NCBI GenBank assembly: GCA_963801475.1
Contig: CAWDEX010000001.1
Span: 2,118,271 to 2,182,270 of the forward strand
From: an uncultured Acidobacteriota bacterium
Lineage (GTDB): Bacteria > Acidobacteriota > Thermoanaerobaculia > UBA5066
Length of the DNA: 64,000 nt
Reading direction: 5' to 3'
The notes under the pieces are model-generated. The model was not told the DNA's origin. It searched no databases and saw only the letters and a program-made list of their open reading frames with translations. The position numbers and the translations under genes were made by a program. This document shows, in pieces, positions 45,691-54,948 of the stretch (position 1 is the stretch's first letter; the number at the start of each line of letters is the position of its first letter).

Positions 45691-47643
45691 TCAGGTCCAG
45701 TGAATCGTCTCCCGGGACCCCTCGCGCCCTTCGCCGGCCGCCGGAGCCCCGGCCGCCGGGGCCACACGCCCCAGCTCCGGGTAGAGCTCCAGCACCCTGG
45801 CCACGACGCCGGGGGCGTCGACCTTATAGAGGGCGCGCTGGAGGCTCTGCGGGCTGTGATCGACGAAGGTATCCGAGACGCCGTGGGTCCGGACGCCGTC
45901 CGCCGGCAGCCCGGCCGCGTGGATCGCTTCCAGAACGCCGCTCCCGAAGCCCCCCATGAGGAGGTGCTCCTCAAGGGTCAGGAGACGCGGCGAGGCGGCG
46001 AGAAGGCCCCGGATCAGCTCGACGTCGAGGGGTTTGGCGAAACGCGCATGCGCCACCCCGCAGTCGATCCCCTGACCCCGGAGCGCCTCGGCCGCCTTCT
46101 GCGCGACGGGCACCATCGCGCCGTAGGCGAGGAGGTTGAGGTCCCGCCCCGACGAGAGGATTTCCCCCGTTCCGATCGGGATCTCCCGCCGCCGTTCGTC
46201 CAGCGGCAGGCCGAGACCGGCGCCCCGGGGGAACCGGATCGTGAAAGGGCGGCCCGAGGCCACCGCCGTATGGAGGAGGTGCTGCAGCTCGTTCTCGTCC
46301 TTCGGGGCGGCCACCGTCATGTTCGGGATGCCGCGCGTGAAGGCGATGTCGTAGATCCCCTGGTGCGTCTTCCCGTCGTCCCCGACGAAGCCGGCCCGGT
46401 CGACGCAGACGACGACCGGCAGGTTCTGGAGGCAGACGTCGTGGATGAGCTGGTCGTACGAGCGCTGGAGGAAGGTCGAGTAAATGGAGACGACCGGCTT
46501 CAGCCCCGCCTTCGCCATGCCGCCCGCCATGATGATGGCGTGCTCCTCGGCGATTCCGACGTCGTACACCCGGTCCGGGAACCGTTTCTTCACCTCGACG
46601 AGCGCCGTCCCCTCCAGCATCGCCGCACTGATGCCGACGATCTTCGGGTCCTCCTCCATCAGGGCGATCAGCGTCTTCGCGAAGACCTGCGAGTACGTGT
46701 AGGCCGCCCCCGAGCCGGCCGCGGGGGACGGCGTCCCCGGCTGGTGGAACCGGGTCGGATTGTCCTCGGCGCGCGTGTATCCCCGCCCCTTGTGCGTCAG
46801 CGCGTGGATGACGACCGGCGTGCCGTCCGCCGACACGTCCTTCGCCCGGCCGAAGGCCTCCTCCATCTCCGTGTAGTCGTGGCCGTCGATCGGGCCGATG
46901 TAGTGAAACCCGAGCTCGTCCCAGATCAGGTTCGGGAAGAAGAGCCCCTCGACCGAGGCCTTCATCTTCTTGGCGAGGCCCCAGGCTTCTTCACCCTTCG
47001 GAAGGCGGCGGAAGAACTTGTGCCCGGCCTCGATGAACTTCTGGTAGTTCGGGTGGAGCTCGAAGCGGTTGCGCCAGTGGGCCATCCAGCCGACGTTCTC
47101 CGAGATGGACCAGCCGTTGTCGTTCAGGACGACGATGAGGCGCTTCGGCTTGACGTGGACGATGTTGTTCATCGCCTCGTAGCTCGTCCCGCAGGTCAGT
47201 GCCCCGTCCCCGACGATGACCACCGTGTACGGCTTGCCCGGATCGTCCTGCGACGCCGCGGCCATCCCCATGCCGTAGGAGAGGCCGGTCCCGGCGTGCC
47301 CCGCGGCCAGCGTGTCGTGCTCGCTCTCGGACGGCTCCGCGAATCCCGAGAGGCCTCCCGGCATCCGGACGGTCGGGAAGCGGTCCCGGCGCCCCGTCAC
47401 GAGCTTGTGCGTGTAGCACTGGTTCGAGGTGTCCCAGACGAACTTGTCCCGGGGGCTCTCGAAGGCGCGGTGGAGCGCCAGCGTCAGCTCGACGACGCCG
47501 AGGTTCGACGCGAGGTGTCCGCCAGTCTTCGTGATCGTCTCGATGATGAGGTTCCGGCAGTCCTGTGCGACCTGCGCCAGCTCGTCGTGGCTCAGGGCCT
47601 TCAGGTCCTGCGGCCCCTCGATGCGGCTCAGAATGTTCATCAA
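45691..47643 (-). CDS. dxs: 1-deoxy-D-xylulose-5-phosphate synthase
   Basis: The 650-aa protein has the TPP-binding motif (GDGALTCGTSYEAMNN) plus transketolase-like pyrimidine-binding and C-terminal domains. The N-terminus reads MMNILSRIEGPQDLKALSHDEL... Confidence 0.93.
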   Translation of the reverse strand: MMNILSRIEGPQDLKALSHDELAQVAQDCRNLIIETITKTGGHLASNLGVVELTLALHRAFESPRDKFVWDTSNQCYTHKLVTGRRDRFPTVRMPGGLSGFAEPSESEHDTLAAGHAGTGLSYGMGMAAASQDDPGKPYTVVIVGDGALTCGTSYEAMNNIVHVKPKRLIVVLNDNGWSISENVGWMAHWRNRFELHPNYQKFIEAGHKFFRRLPKGEEAWGLAKKMKASVEGLFFPNLIWDELGFHYIGPIDGHDYTEMEEAFGRAKDVSADGTPVVIHALTHKGRGYTRAEDNPTRFHQPGTPSPAAGSGAAYTYSQVFAKTLIALMEEDPKIVGISAAMLEGTALVEVKKRFPDRVYDVGIAEEHAIIMAGGMAKAGLKPVVSIYSTFLQRSYDQLIHDVCLQNLPVVVCVDRAGFVGDDGKTHQGIYDIAFTRGIPNMTVAAPKDENELQHLLHTAVASGRPFTIRFPRGAGLGLPLDERRREIPIGTGEILSSGRDLNLLAYGAMVPVAQKAAEALRGQGIDCGVAHARFAKPLDVELIRGLLAASPRLLTLEEHLLMGGFGSGVLEAIHAAGLPADGVRTHGVSDTFVDHSPQSLQRALYKVDAPGVVARVLELYPELGRVAPAAGAPAAGEGREGSRETIHWT

Positions 47644-47735
47644 AGCGTCCTTAGCTCCCGCGGCGGACGCGGGAGCCGCGAATCATACTCCAGCAAAGCG
47701 GGTCTTCGAGGCCGCCGCCAGGGCCTTCGGGCGCC

Positions 47736-48638
47736 TCAGCGCGCCGGAACGGCCGGCGTGCCCCGGTCGAGGGCGTGCTTCAGCCGGCGAGTGATCAGGA
47801 AGAGCTCCGGACGCGAGACTTTCGCGCCGGGCCCCTTCTCCTCGACCTTCCCGAGCGTCGCGCGGGCGAGGAGCACGGGGAGGGCGCAGAACTCCACGAG
47901 GCCGCGCGGAGCGCCCGCCCCCTGAAGGATGCCGATGTACTCCGCCGCCACGCCGAGATCCTGGCGGGCGAGGGCGAACACCTCGGACACCGGAACGGAC
48001 GCGGGGAGGTACCGCCGCCCCTCCGCCGCATCGTCCGCCGCGTCCTTCAGGATGTTCACGAGCTGCAGCGCTTCGCCGAACGCCGCCGCGCGGGACCGGA
48101 GCGCCCCGGCGGAGGAGTCAAGGTGCGGGCGGGCGAGGAGGAAGAGCTCGGTCAGCATCTCGCCGACGATGCCGGCCACGAAGTAGCAGTAGCGCCGGAG
48201 CTCCGGAAGGCCCGGCAGGGCGAGACGACCGTCGTGCGTTGCCGCCACGTACTCCCCCATGCCGTCCGACGACCGGATGACGTGCTCGCGGATGGACGCC
48301 ACGGCCTCGGGCGAAAGCGAAAAGAAGGCGCTGAGGACGAAGGGCACTTCGGCGATCAGCTCGCGGTACCCCTCGTGCTCCGCCGGCCGCGCAGCACTCC
48401 ACGCCGCAGCGAGGCGGGCGGACTCGGCCGAATCGTTCTCGCGGAGAAGTCGCTCGAAGTCCGAAAGGGCCTCGATCCGGCGCTCGACCGGCCAGTGGGA
48501 CGCGTCCTCGAACGTGTCGGCGATCCGGAAAAGGAGGTAGGCGATCATCACCTCGCGACGCGTCGGCTCCGGAAGGACCGGTATCGAGAGCGCGAACGTG
48601 CGGCTCGTCTTCCCGAGAAGGCCTTCGAGAGTCGGCAC
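47736..48638 (-). CDS. squalene/phytoene synthase family protein (HpnC/HpnD-like)
   Basis: The 300-aa protein has an isoprenoid synthase class-1 fold with Asp-rich regions (LFRIADTFED, YCYFVAGIVGEMLTELF, NILKDAADDAAEGRRYLP). It sits in a hopanoid gene context. Confidence 0.75.
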   Translation of the reverse strand: MPTLEGLLGKTSRTFALSIPVLPEPTRREVMIAYLLFRIADTFEDASHWPVERRIEALSDFERLLRENDSAESARLAAAWSAARPAEHEGYRELIAEVPFVLSAFFSLSPEAVASIREHVIRSSDGMGEYVAATHDGRLALPGLPELRRYCYFVAGIVGEMLTELFLLARPHLDSSAGALRSRAAAFGEALQLVNILKDAADDAAEGRRYLPASVPVSEVFALARQDLGVAAEYIGILQGAGAPRGLVEFCALPVLLARATLGKVEEKGPGAKVSRPELFLITRRLKHALDRGTPAVPAR

Positions 48639-48640
48639 GC

Positions 48641-49447
48641 TCAGATCTTCTCCGGAAGGAGCCGCTCAAGGAAGTGGCCGAGCGTCCCCGCCCCCTCCCG
48701 GACCCGCCGGCGTACCCGGAGGAGCTTCGGGAGCGCCGAGGGGCGCCGGACCAGCCGGCGCGCGACGGCCGCACGGTTGATCGAGCCGTCCCTCGAGAGA
48801 CAGAGCGCGAGAAACCCCGGGAGCTCCTCCTCGAAGGAGTCCGAAACGGCGCGAAGAATCGCATAGGGTATGCCGTGCTTCGCCGCGGCGCGTGCCCATG
48901 CCGCCGACTCCATGTCGACGACCGCGGCGACGCCCGGATCGACGCCGAAGCGAAGCGCAACCTCGCTCCTCTCCCTTGAATTACAGGCCGGTCTCGCCCA
49001 CGTCACGAACGTCGCCGGCTTCGCTCCGAGGACGACGGCCCGGGAGAGCCATCCGGCGTCGGGAGGAGGGGCATCGCCCTGCTCGTCGACGACGCGCGAG
49101 GCGACGACGATTTCTCCCGCGCCGAGGGACGACACGAGCGCCCCGGCCGCGCCGACGCCGATAAGGAGGGAGACTGCGGATTCCCCCAGAAGGAGAGTCG
49201 CCCCGCGCTCGGCCCGCATTCCGCCGTCGCCGGTCATCGCGAGAAGGACGGGCACGCCGGAGAGTCTTCCTCGGAGAAGAAACCTCCGTTCGCCCTTGCG
49301 TGCGCGGCCGTGCATCGGGTCGGCGACGCATTTTTCGATCGCGTGGAATTCCTCCCGGATCGCCGTCACGATGGCGGTGAGCCCCGCGCGGGCCGCCGGC
49401 GGGTGCGACGGGTGCTTCATCCCGCCCCCCGGCTCAGGCGCGAACAT
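48641..49447 (-). CDS. hpnG: hopanoid-associated phosphorylase/nucleosidase HpnG (PNP/UDP family)
   Basis: The protein has the purine nucleoside phosphorylase/MTA nucleosidase fold (..VDMESAAWARAAAKHGIPYAILRAVSD..). It is embedded between hpnA and the squalene-synthase-family gene. Confidence 0.7.
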   Translation of the reverse strand: MFAPEPGGGMKHPSHPPAARAGLTAIVTAIREEFHAIEKCVADPMHGRARKGERRFLLRGRLSGVPVLLAMTGDGGMRAERGATLLLGESAVSLLIGVGAAGALVSSLGAGEIVVASRVVDEQGDAPPPDAGWLSRAVVLGAKPATFVTWARPACNSRERSEVALRFGVDPGVAAVVDMESAAWARAAAKHGIPYAILRAVSDSFEEELPGFLALCLSRDGSINRAAVARRLVRRPSALPKLLRVRRRVREGAGTLGHFLERLLPEKI

Positions 49448-50453
49448 GGCCGTTCTCCCGAAACCAGGTGACGGCGCGCCCGAGGGCGCCCTCGACCGGG
49501 CTCTGCGGGAGCCCCAGCTCGCGCACGGCCTTCGACGCGTCGAAGAACATCCGGTGCCGCGACATTCGGACGCTCTCGAGGCTGACGCGTGGCGGGCGCC
49601 CGAGGAGCCCGGCGACGAACGTGTCGACGGCGGCGACCGCCAGGGGGACGGCGTGCGGCAGGCGGACCCGCGGCGCGGAGAGGCCGGTGATCCGGGAGAG
49701 CGCTTCGAGGATCTCCTTCAGGGTCATGTTCCGGTGTCCGAGGATGTACTTCTCCCCCGTCCGCCCCTTCTCGGCTGCGAGTAGGTGCCCCGCGGCCACG
49801 TCGTGAACGTCGACGAGGTTCAGGCCCGTGTCGACGTAGGCCGGGAGCCTCCCGTTCAGGAAGTCGACGACGAGCTGTCCGGTCGGCGTCGGCTTCACGT
49901 CGAGCTCGCCGACCGGCGTGGACGGGTTCACGATGACGACGGGGAGTCCGCGGGCCGCCCACGCCTCGGCGACCCGCTCGGCGTCGTACTTGCTCTTCTT
50001 GTAGTGGCCGACGACCTCCTCACGGGCGACGGGCGTCGTCTCGTCGGCCGGCGAACCGTCCGGCCGCAGCCCCAGCGCCCCGACGGAGCTCGTGTAGACC
50101 ACGCGCGAGACGCCGGCCTCCCCGGCGGCCGCCAGGACATTCTCCGTACCGCCGACGTTCGCCCGGAAGAGCTCGCCGGGGTCCTTCGTCCAGAGCCGGT
50201 AGTCCGCCGCCACGTGGTAGAGCGTCGATACGCCGCGAACCGCGCGCCCGAGGGAGGCCCGGTCGGCGAGGTCTCCCTCGGCGATCTCCACGGGAAGGCC
50301 TTCCAGATTCGCGCGCCGGCTCGACGGGCGGACGAGGCAGCGGACCGGTTCCCTCCGCGCCAGGAGGGCCCTCACCACGTGGGCGCCGACGAATCCTGTC
50401 CCGCCCGTGACCAGATTCAAGGTCTCACCCGTCTGCTCAAGCGAGGGGGGCAC
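49434..50453 (-). CDS. hpnA: hopanoid-associated NAD-dependent sugar epimerase/dehydratase HpnA
   Basis: The protein has a Rossmann fold with the motifs GGTGFVGAHVVRAL and YKKSKYDAE (YxxxK). It lies next to hpnH and hpnG. Confidence 0.7.
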   Translation of the reverse strand: MPPSLEQTGETLNLVTGGTGFVGAHVVRALLARREPVRCLVRPSSRRANLEGLPVEIAEGDLADRASLGRAVRGVSTLYHVAADYRLWTKDPGELFRANVGGTENVLAAAGEAGVSRVVYTSSVGALGLRPDGSPADETTPVAREEVVGHYKKSKYDAERVAEAWAARGLPVVIVNPSTPVGELDVKPTPTGQLVVDFLNGRLPAYVDTGLNLVDVHDVAAGHLLAAEKGRTGEKYILGHRNMTLKEILEALSRITGLSAPRVRLPHAVPLAVAAVDTFVAGLLGRPPRVSLESVRMSRHRMFFDASKAVRELGLPQSPVEGALGRAVTWFRENGHVRA

Positions 50454-50510
50454 GGAGGGTGCGACCCCGGCTTCGCGACCTGCCCCGAGGGACTTCGCAC
50501 CCCCCGAGTA

Positions 50511-51518
50511 TCACGCCACCAGGTCGAGGTTCCAGGCGATGAGCCGGACCATGTCGCCCGGGCTCTTCGGGAGCTCCTTCACGACCGAGGCCTCGAATCC
50601 CGAGTGCATGAGGCAGTTCGCGCAGAGGGGGTCCTTCCGCGACTCCCAGTAAGCCCAGTCGGTCCCGTTCCAGAACTCCTCGTACGTCTCCGACCAGGTC
50701 TTGCCGATGAGATAGCAGGGGCCCTTCCACCCCTTCGGGGTGTAGGTCACGGTGCTCCAGGGAGAGCACTTGTACTCCCGGAGCCCCGCCGCGAACTCGA
50801 GGAACATCGGCGTGGAGGTGAGCCGGTAGGACTTCGAGATCTCGAGGATCCGCCGGAACTTCCGGTGGATCTCGGACTTGGTCAGGAAGATCTGGGCGCC
50901 CACCGACTCGTAGTGATAGCCCGGCGAGACGAGCATCCCCTCGACGCCGAGGTCCGTCAGGAACCGGCAGAGCTCCTCGACCTCCTCGACGCTCGTCTCC
51001 TTGAAGACCGTCGTGTTCGCCATGACGTGGTGGCCGAGCTTCACGCCTTCCCGGATCATGGCGACGGCCTTGTCGAACGTTCCCTCCTTGGCGCAGACGT
51101 AGTCGTGCGTCTCCCGCATCCCGTCGAGGTGAACGTTGATCATCAGCCGCTTGTGCGGCGGGAGGACGCCGTAGACGGTCTCGTCCAGGAGGAGCCCGTT
51201 CGTGCAGAGGTAGATGTGGCGCTTCCGCTCGATGATGCCGGAGACGAGCTCGGAGAGCTCCGGGTAGAGCGTCGGCTCGCCCCCGCAGATGGAGACGACC
51301 GGCGCCCGGGAGACGTCGACCGCCTCGAGGCATTTCTTGAGCGGAAGGCGGTCCTTCAGCTTTCCCGTGTGGCGCTCCACCGCGCAGCCGAGGCAGGCGA
51401 GATTGCAGGTATAGAGCGGCTCCAGCATCAGGACGAACGGGTACCGCTTCTTCCCCCGGACGGCGTTCCGCACCTGGTGCGAGATCGTGTCCGTCATGAT
51501 GTGGGCCGGGAATCTCAT
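50511..51518 (-). CDS. hpnH: adenosylhopane synthase HpnH (radical SAM)
   Basis: The protein has the motif YPFVLMLEPLYTCNLACLGCAV (CxxxCxxC) and a conserved C-terminal Cys cluster (CSPW...GPCYL...CANCLMH). It sits immediately downstream of shc. Confidence 0.85.
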   Translation of the reverse strand: MRFPAHIMTDTISHQVRNAVRGKKRYPFVLMLEPLYTCNLACLGCAVERHTGKLKDRLPLKKCLEAVDVSRAPVVSICGGEPTLYPELSELVSGIIERKRHIYLCTNGLLLDETVYGVLPPHKRLMINVHLDGMRETHDYVCAKEGTFDKAVAMIREGVKLGHHVMANTTVFKETSVEEVEELCRFLTDLGVEGMLVSPGYHYESVGAQIFLTKSEIHRKFRRILEISKSYRLTSTPMFLEFAAGLREYKCSPWSTVTYTPKGWKGPCYLIGKTWSETYEEFWNGTDWAYWESRKDPLCANCLMHSGFEASVVKELPKSPGDMVRLIAWNLDLVA

Positions 51519-51522
51519 CGCG

Positions 51523-53583
51523 TCAGTCCCTTTTCTTCGCGGCCGCGCGCCTCACGCCGGCGAATCCGCCCGCCCGGGACCCCGCCGTCCCTTCGACGCG
51601 CCCGTAGAGCGACAGCGCCCAGAGGGGGAAGTAGGTCGCGTAGAGATGGTAACGAAGGTAGAAGACCTTCGGAAAGCCCGTCCCGGTCCAGTGAGCGTCC
51701 CGCCACGAACCGTCGTACTGCTGCTCCCGGAGAAGGTACGCCACGCCGCGCTCGACGCTTTCGGAGCGGTCCTCCCCGAGCGTGAAGAGCGCCATCAGCG
51801 CCCAGGCCGTCTGGGCGGCCGTCGAGGGGCCGCGGCCCTTCGTGGACGGATCGTCGTACGAGCGCGGCAGCTCGCCCCACCCGCCGTCGGCGTTCTGGTG
51901 GGCGCGCAGCCACGCGGCGGCCCGCTGGTAGCGCGGCTGATCCAGGTCCTCCCCCGCGTGCGCGAGGCCCCGGAGGACGAGCCACGTCCCGTAAATGTAG
52001 TTGACGCCCCACCGCCCGTACCACGTGCCGTCCCGCTCCTGCTTCTCCTTCAGGAAGGAGACGGCGGCGCGCACCGCCGGGTGGGACGGCGGGACGCCGA
52101 GGTTGTGGAGCGCCTCGAGCGCCCGGCCGCTGATGTCCTCGCAGCTCGGGTCCAGCATCGCGTTGTGGTCGGCGAAGGGGATGTAGGTCAGGACCTCGAG
52201 GTCACACCCCTTGTCGAAGGCTCCCCAGCCGCCGTCCCGGTTCTGCATCGACAGGAGCCAGCCCAGCCCCCGCTCGATGGCCTCGACGCGGCGCGCTTCC
52301 TCCGGCGCCTCGGCGAACCGGACGCGGGAGAGCGCCGTCAAGACCTCGGCCGTGTCGTCCGTGTCGGGATAGAACTCGTTGGCGTACTCGAAGTACCAGC
52401 CGCCGACCGGCCCGTCGGGGTTCGCCTTCTTCCAGTCGCCCGGGAGGCGGATCTCCCGGTCGAGGAGCCAGCGGGCCGCGAGGCGAAGAGAGGCGTCGTC
52501 GGCCGGCGCGCCCGATTCCGACAAGGCGACGGCGGCGATGGCCGTGTCCCAGACCGGTGAGAAGCAGGGCTGCACCCGGAGCGTGTCGTCGTCCTCGATC
52601 TCGAACCGCTCGAGCTCGTGCACCTGGGCGAGAAGCCGCGGGTCGTCCAGGCCGTATCCGAGGCAGCGGAAGGCGAAGATCGTGTTGACGATCGGCGGAA
52701 AGATCGCACCGAGCCCGTCGCTCCGGACGAGCCGGTCGTGAATCCAGGTTTCGCAGCCGGCGAGCGCCCTCTTCCGGAAGGGCTTCAGGCCGGCCGCCTC
52801 GAGCCCCCGAAGGACCACGTCGGCGGTCGTGAAGATCCCGCGCCAGAACCGCTCGCGGGGAGTCCGCCTCCGCTCCGGGTGGAAGTGAGGGACGTGAAGC
52901 TCCGGGATCTCCGCGTGGGCCGGCACCGGACAGAACGGCTTGGTGGCCCAGATGACCGAGAGAGGTACCACGATCGTCCGGGACCATGACGACATCCGGT
53001 AGATGTTGAACGGGATCCAGTCGGGCAGGAGGACCAGTTCCGGAGGTACGGCCGGGCAGCGGCTCCAGTCACACTGGCCGAAGATGGCCAGATAGATCTT
53101 GGTGAAGGAGTTGCACGCCTCCACGCCGCCCATCCGGCGGATCACTTCGCGCGCCTTCGACATGTGCGGCGCGTCCGGCGCATCGCCTACGAGCTTCAGG
53201 ACGAAGTACGCTTTCACCGACGTCGAGACGTCGGCCGGACCCCCCGGGTAGTTCGGCCAGCCCCCCTCGGGGAGCTGCTGCCGGCGGAGGTACTCCGCGG
53301 CTTTCTTTACCCGGGCTTCCCCGGTCCGACCGAGGAAGTGCATCGTCAGGACGTACTCGGACTCCAGGATCGTGTCGCCTTCCAGCTCCGCGCACCAGTG
53401 CCCGTCAGGGTACTGGATCGAAAGGAGATAGCGGCGAGCGGCAGCGACCGAGAAGCGGACCCGGTCGGCCGTCGGCTCTCCCCTGGATACACCCGGAGCG
53501 GCCTGCGGATCGCTCATAGACGGGCGGATCGTAAGGGACCTCACAGAATCGCGCAAGTCGGGACCTCCATCCTGAGACTCCAT
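51523..53583 (-). CDS. shc: squalene-hopene cyclase
   Basis: The 686-aa protein has multiple QW repeats, the catalytic motif DDTAEV (DxDDTA), and the motifs GGWGAFD and GRWGVNYIYGT. Confidence 0.93.
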   Translation of the reverse strand: MESQDGGPDLRDSVRSLTIRPSMSDPQAAPGVSRGEPTADRVRFSVAAARRYLLSIQYPDGHWCAELEGDTILESEYVLTMHFLGRTGEARVKKAAEYLRRQQLPEGGWPNYPGGPADVSTSVKAYFVLKLVGDAPDAPHMSKAREVIRRMGGVEACNSFTKIYLAIFGQCDWSRCPAVPPELVLLPDWIPFNIYRMSSWSRTIVVPLSVIWATKPFCPVPAHAEIPELHVPHFHPERRRTPRERFWRGIFTTADVVLRGLEAAGLKPFRKRALAGCETWIHDRLVRSDGLGAIFPPIVNTIFAFRCLGYGLDDPRLLAQVHELERFEIEDDDTLRVQPCFSPVWDTAIAAVALSESGAPADDASLRLAARWLLDREIRLPGDWKKANPDGPVGGWYFEYANEFYPDTDDTAEVLTALSRVRFAEAPEEARRVEAIERGLGWLLSMQNRDGGWGAFDKGCDLEVLTYIPFADHNAMLDPSCEDISGRALEALHNLGVPPSHPAVRAAVSFLKEKQERDGTWYGRWGVNYIYGTWLVLRGLAHAGEDLDQPRYQRAAAWLRAHQNADGGWGELPRSYDDPSTKGRGPSTAAQTAWALMALFTLGEDRSESVERGVAYLLREQQYDGSWRDAHWTGTGFPKVFYLRYHLYATYFPLWALSLYGRVEGTAGSRAGGFAGVRRAAAKKRD

Positions 53584-53625
53584 CGCACGAGGGAGGCCCG
53601 CCTGTGCGCCTGCGGGACACCCGGT

Positions 53626-54948
53626 TCAGCGTCCCGGCGACGGCGTCAGGGCGAGGACGGCGATCTCGCCGCGGAGAGAGAGGAGGGTGAGGCGTGCTCC
53701 GGCCAGCGCCTCGGCGGCCCGGGAGACGGCGTCCTCGGCGTCGGCGGCCTCCAGCTCGGCCCGGGGGACGCCGTCCGGTTCCCCGCGCCCCTCGCGGGCC
53801 TGCGCCTCGGCGACGCGAACGGCCTCCCGGGCGACGGCGAGCCCCTGTCGGGCCAGCTCCAGCTCGCGCCGGGCGAGATCCGCCTCGGCCGAAGCCGCCC
53901 GTGCGGCGCGCGCCACGTCGTTCTCCCGCGCCCGGCGCTGCTCGTTCACGCGCCCTTCCTTCGCGCGGGCCTGAGCCGCATGCGCCGTGTCGAGCCCCCC
54001 CGTGAGGACGGGGATGACGACGGAGACGCCGGCGCTGGCGGTGTTCGTGTCGACCTTCAGGTAGTACTTGTCGTAGTTGTAGTAGGGCGGAACGTAGAGG
54101 TAGCGCGCCTCGGCGACGACCTGCGGGCGGAACCAGCGGTCCGCGAGGTTCGCGGCGCGGGCGGTCGCATCTGCCTCCTCCCCGAGCGCCCGAAGCTCCG
54201 GATCGGAGGCGAGGGCCGCGGAGACGGGGTCGACGGCCGCCGCGTCCGGCAGCGCCTGAAGCGGGTCCTCCGCGAGGAGCAGACCGGCCCCCTCCGGAAG
54301 GCCGGTGGCGGCCCGGAGATCGACGGCTGCGAGTGTGCGCTCGGTCTCGGCGACGACGAGACCGTGCCGCGCCCGCGCGAGGCCGAGGCCCGAACGGCCG
54401 ACCTCGAGGCTCGTCGCCCGCCCCTCGCGGCCGAGCGCCTCGGTCCGTGCATGGAGCGTCTCGCGAGCCGCCACCCGCCGGCGCGCGCTCGCCACCCGCC
54501 GCTCCGCCGCGTGGAGGCGGGCGTAGGCGAGCGCGGTCCGGCGGATCGTCTCCCGCCGGACCGACTCGAGCCGTCCCGCGGACCCGGCGGAGCGGCCCCG
54601 GGCGAGCGCCTCGTCTTCCTTCAGCGCCGGATCCCAGAGCATCAGGCGAAGCCGGGCGCCCGCCGCCGCGGGAGGCTCGCCCGCGACGGTGAGGGGAAGC
54701 CCCGAGGTCACGCCCGGGGTCGACGTCAGAAAGAACTGGGGCCTGAAGGCGCTCCGCGCCATCTTCACGCCTTCCGACGCCTCCTCGGCCGCGCTCCCGG
54801 CCGCGAGGAGCGCCGGTTCCCGGGCGAGGGCCCGTTCGACGGCGCCCCGGAGGGTCAGCGGCACGGCAGCGTCCTCCGCCGCCGCGGGCGCAGCGGTCAG
54901 GAGGAGAGCGAGGAGCGCCGCCCCGGTGGCGGTCCGTCCGTCATTCAT
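53626..54948 (-). CDS. TolC-family outer membrane efflux protein
   Basis: There is a signal peptide followed by two repeats of the coiled-coil/beta-barrel outer membrane efflux protein architecture. It is co-oriented with and overlaps the permease gene. Confidence 0.8.
   Translation of the reverse strand: MNDGRTATGAALLALLLTAAPAAAEDAAVPLTLRGAVERALAREPALLAAGSAAEEASEGVKMARSAFRPQFFLTSTPGVTSGLPLTVAGEPPAAAGARLRLMLWDPALKEDEALARGRSAGSAGRLESVRRETIRRTALAYARLHAAERRVASARRRVAARETLHARTEALGREGRATSLEVGRSGLGLARARHGLVVAETERTLAAVDLRAATGLPEGAGLLLAEDPLQALPDAAAVDPVSAALASDPELRALGEEADATARAANLADRWFRPQVVAEARYLYVPPYYNYDKYYLKVDTNTASAGVSVVIPVLTGGLDTAHAAQARAKEGRVNEQRRARENDVARAARAASAEADLARRELELARQGLAVAREAVRVAEAQAREGRGEPDGVPRAELEAADAEDAVSRAAEALAGARLTLLSLRGEIAVLALTPSPGR

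Noticed and set aside
45607-47925. A 772-aa plus-strand ORF antisense to dxs
   Set aside because: It is an artefact of high GC and has a low-complexity translation. dxs on the minus strand is strongly supported.
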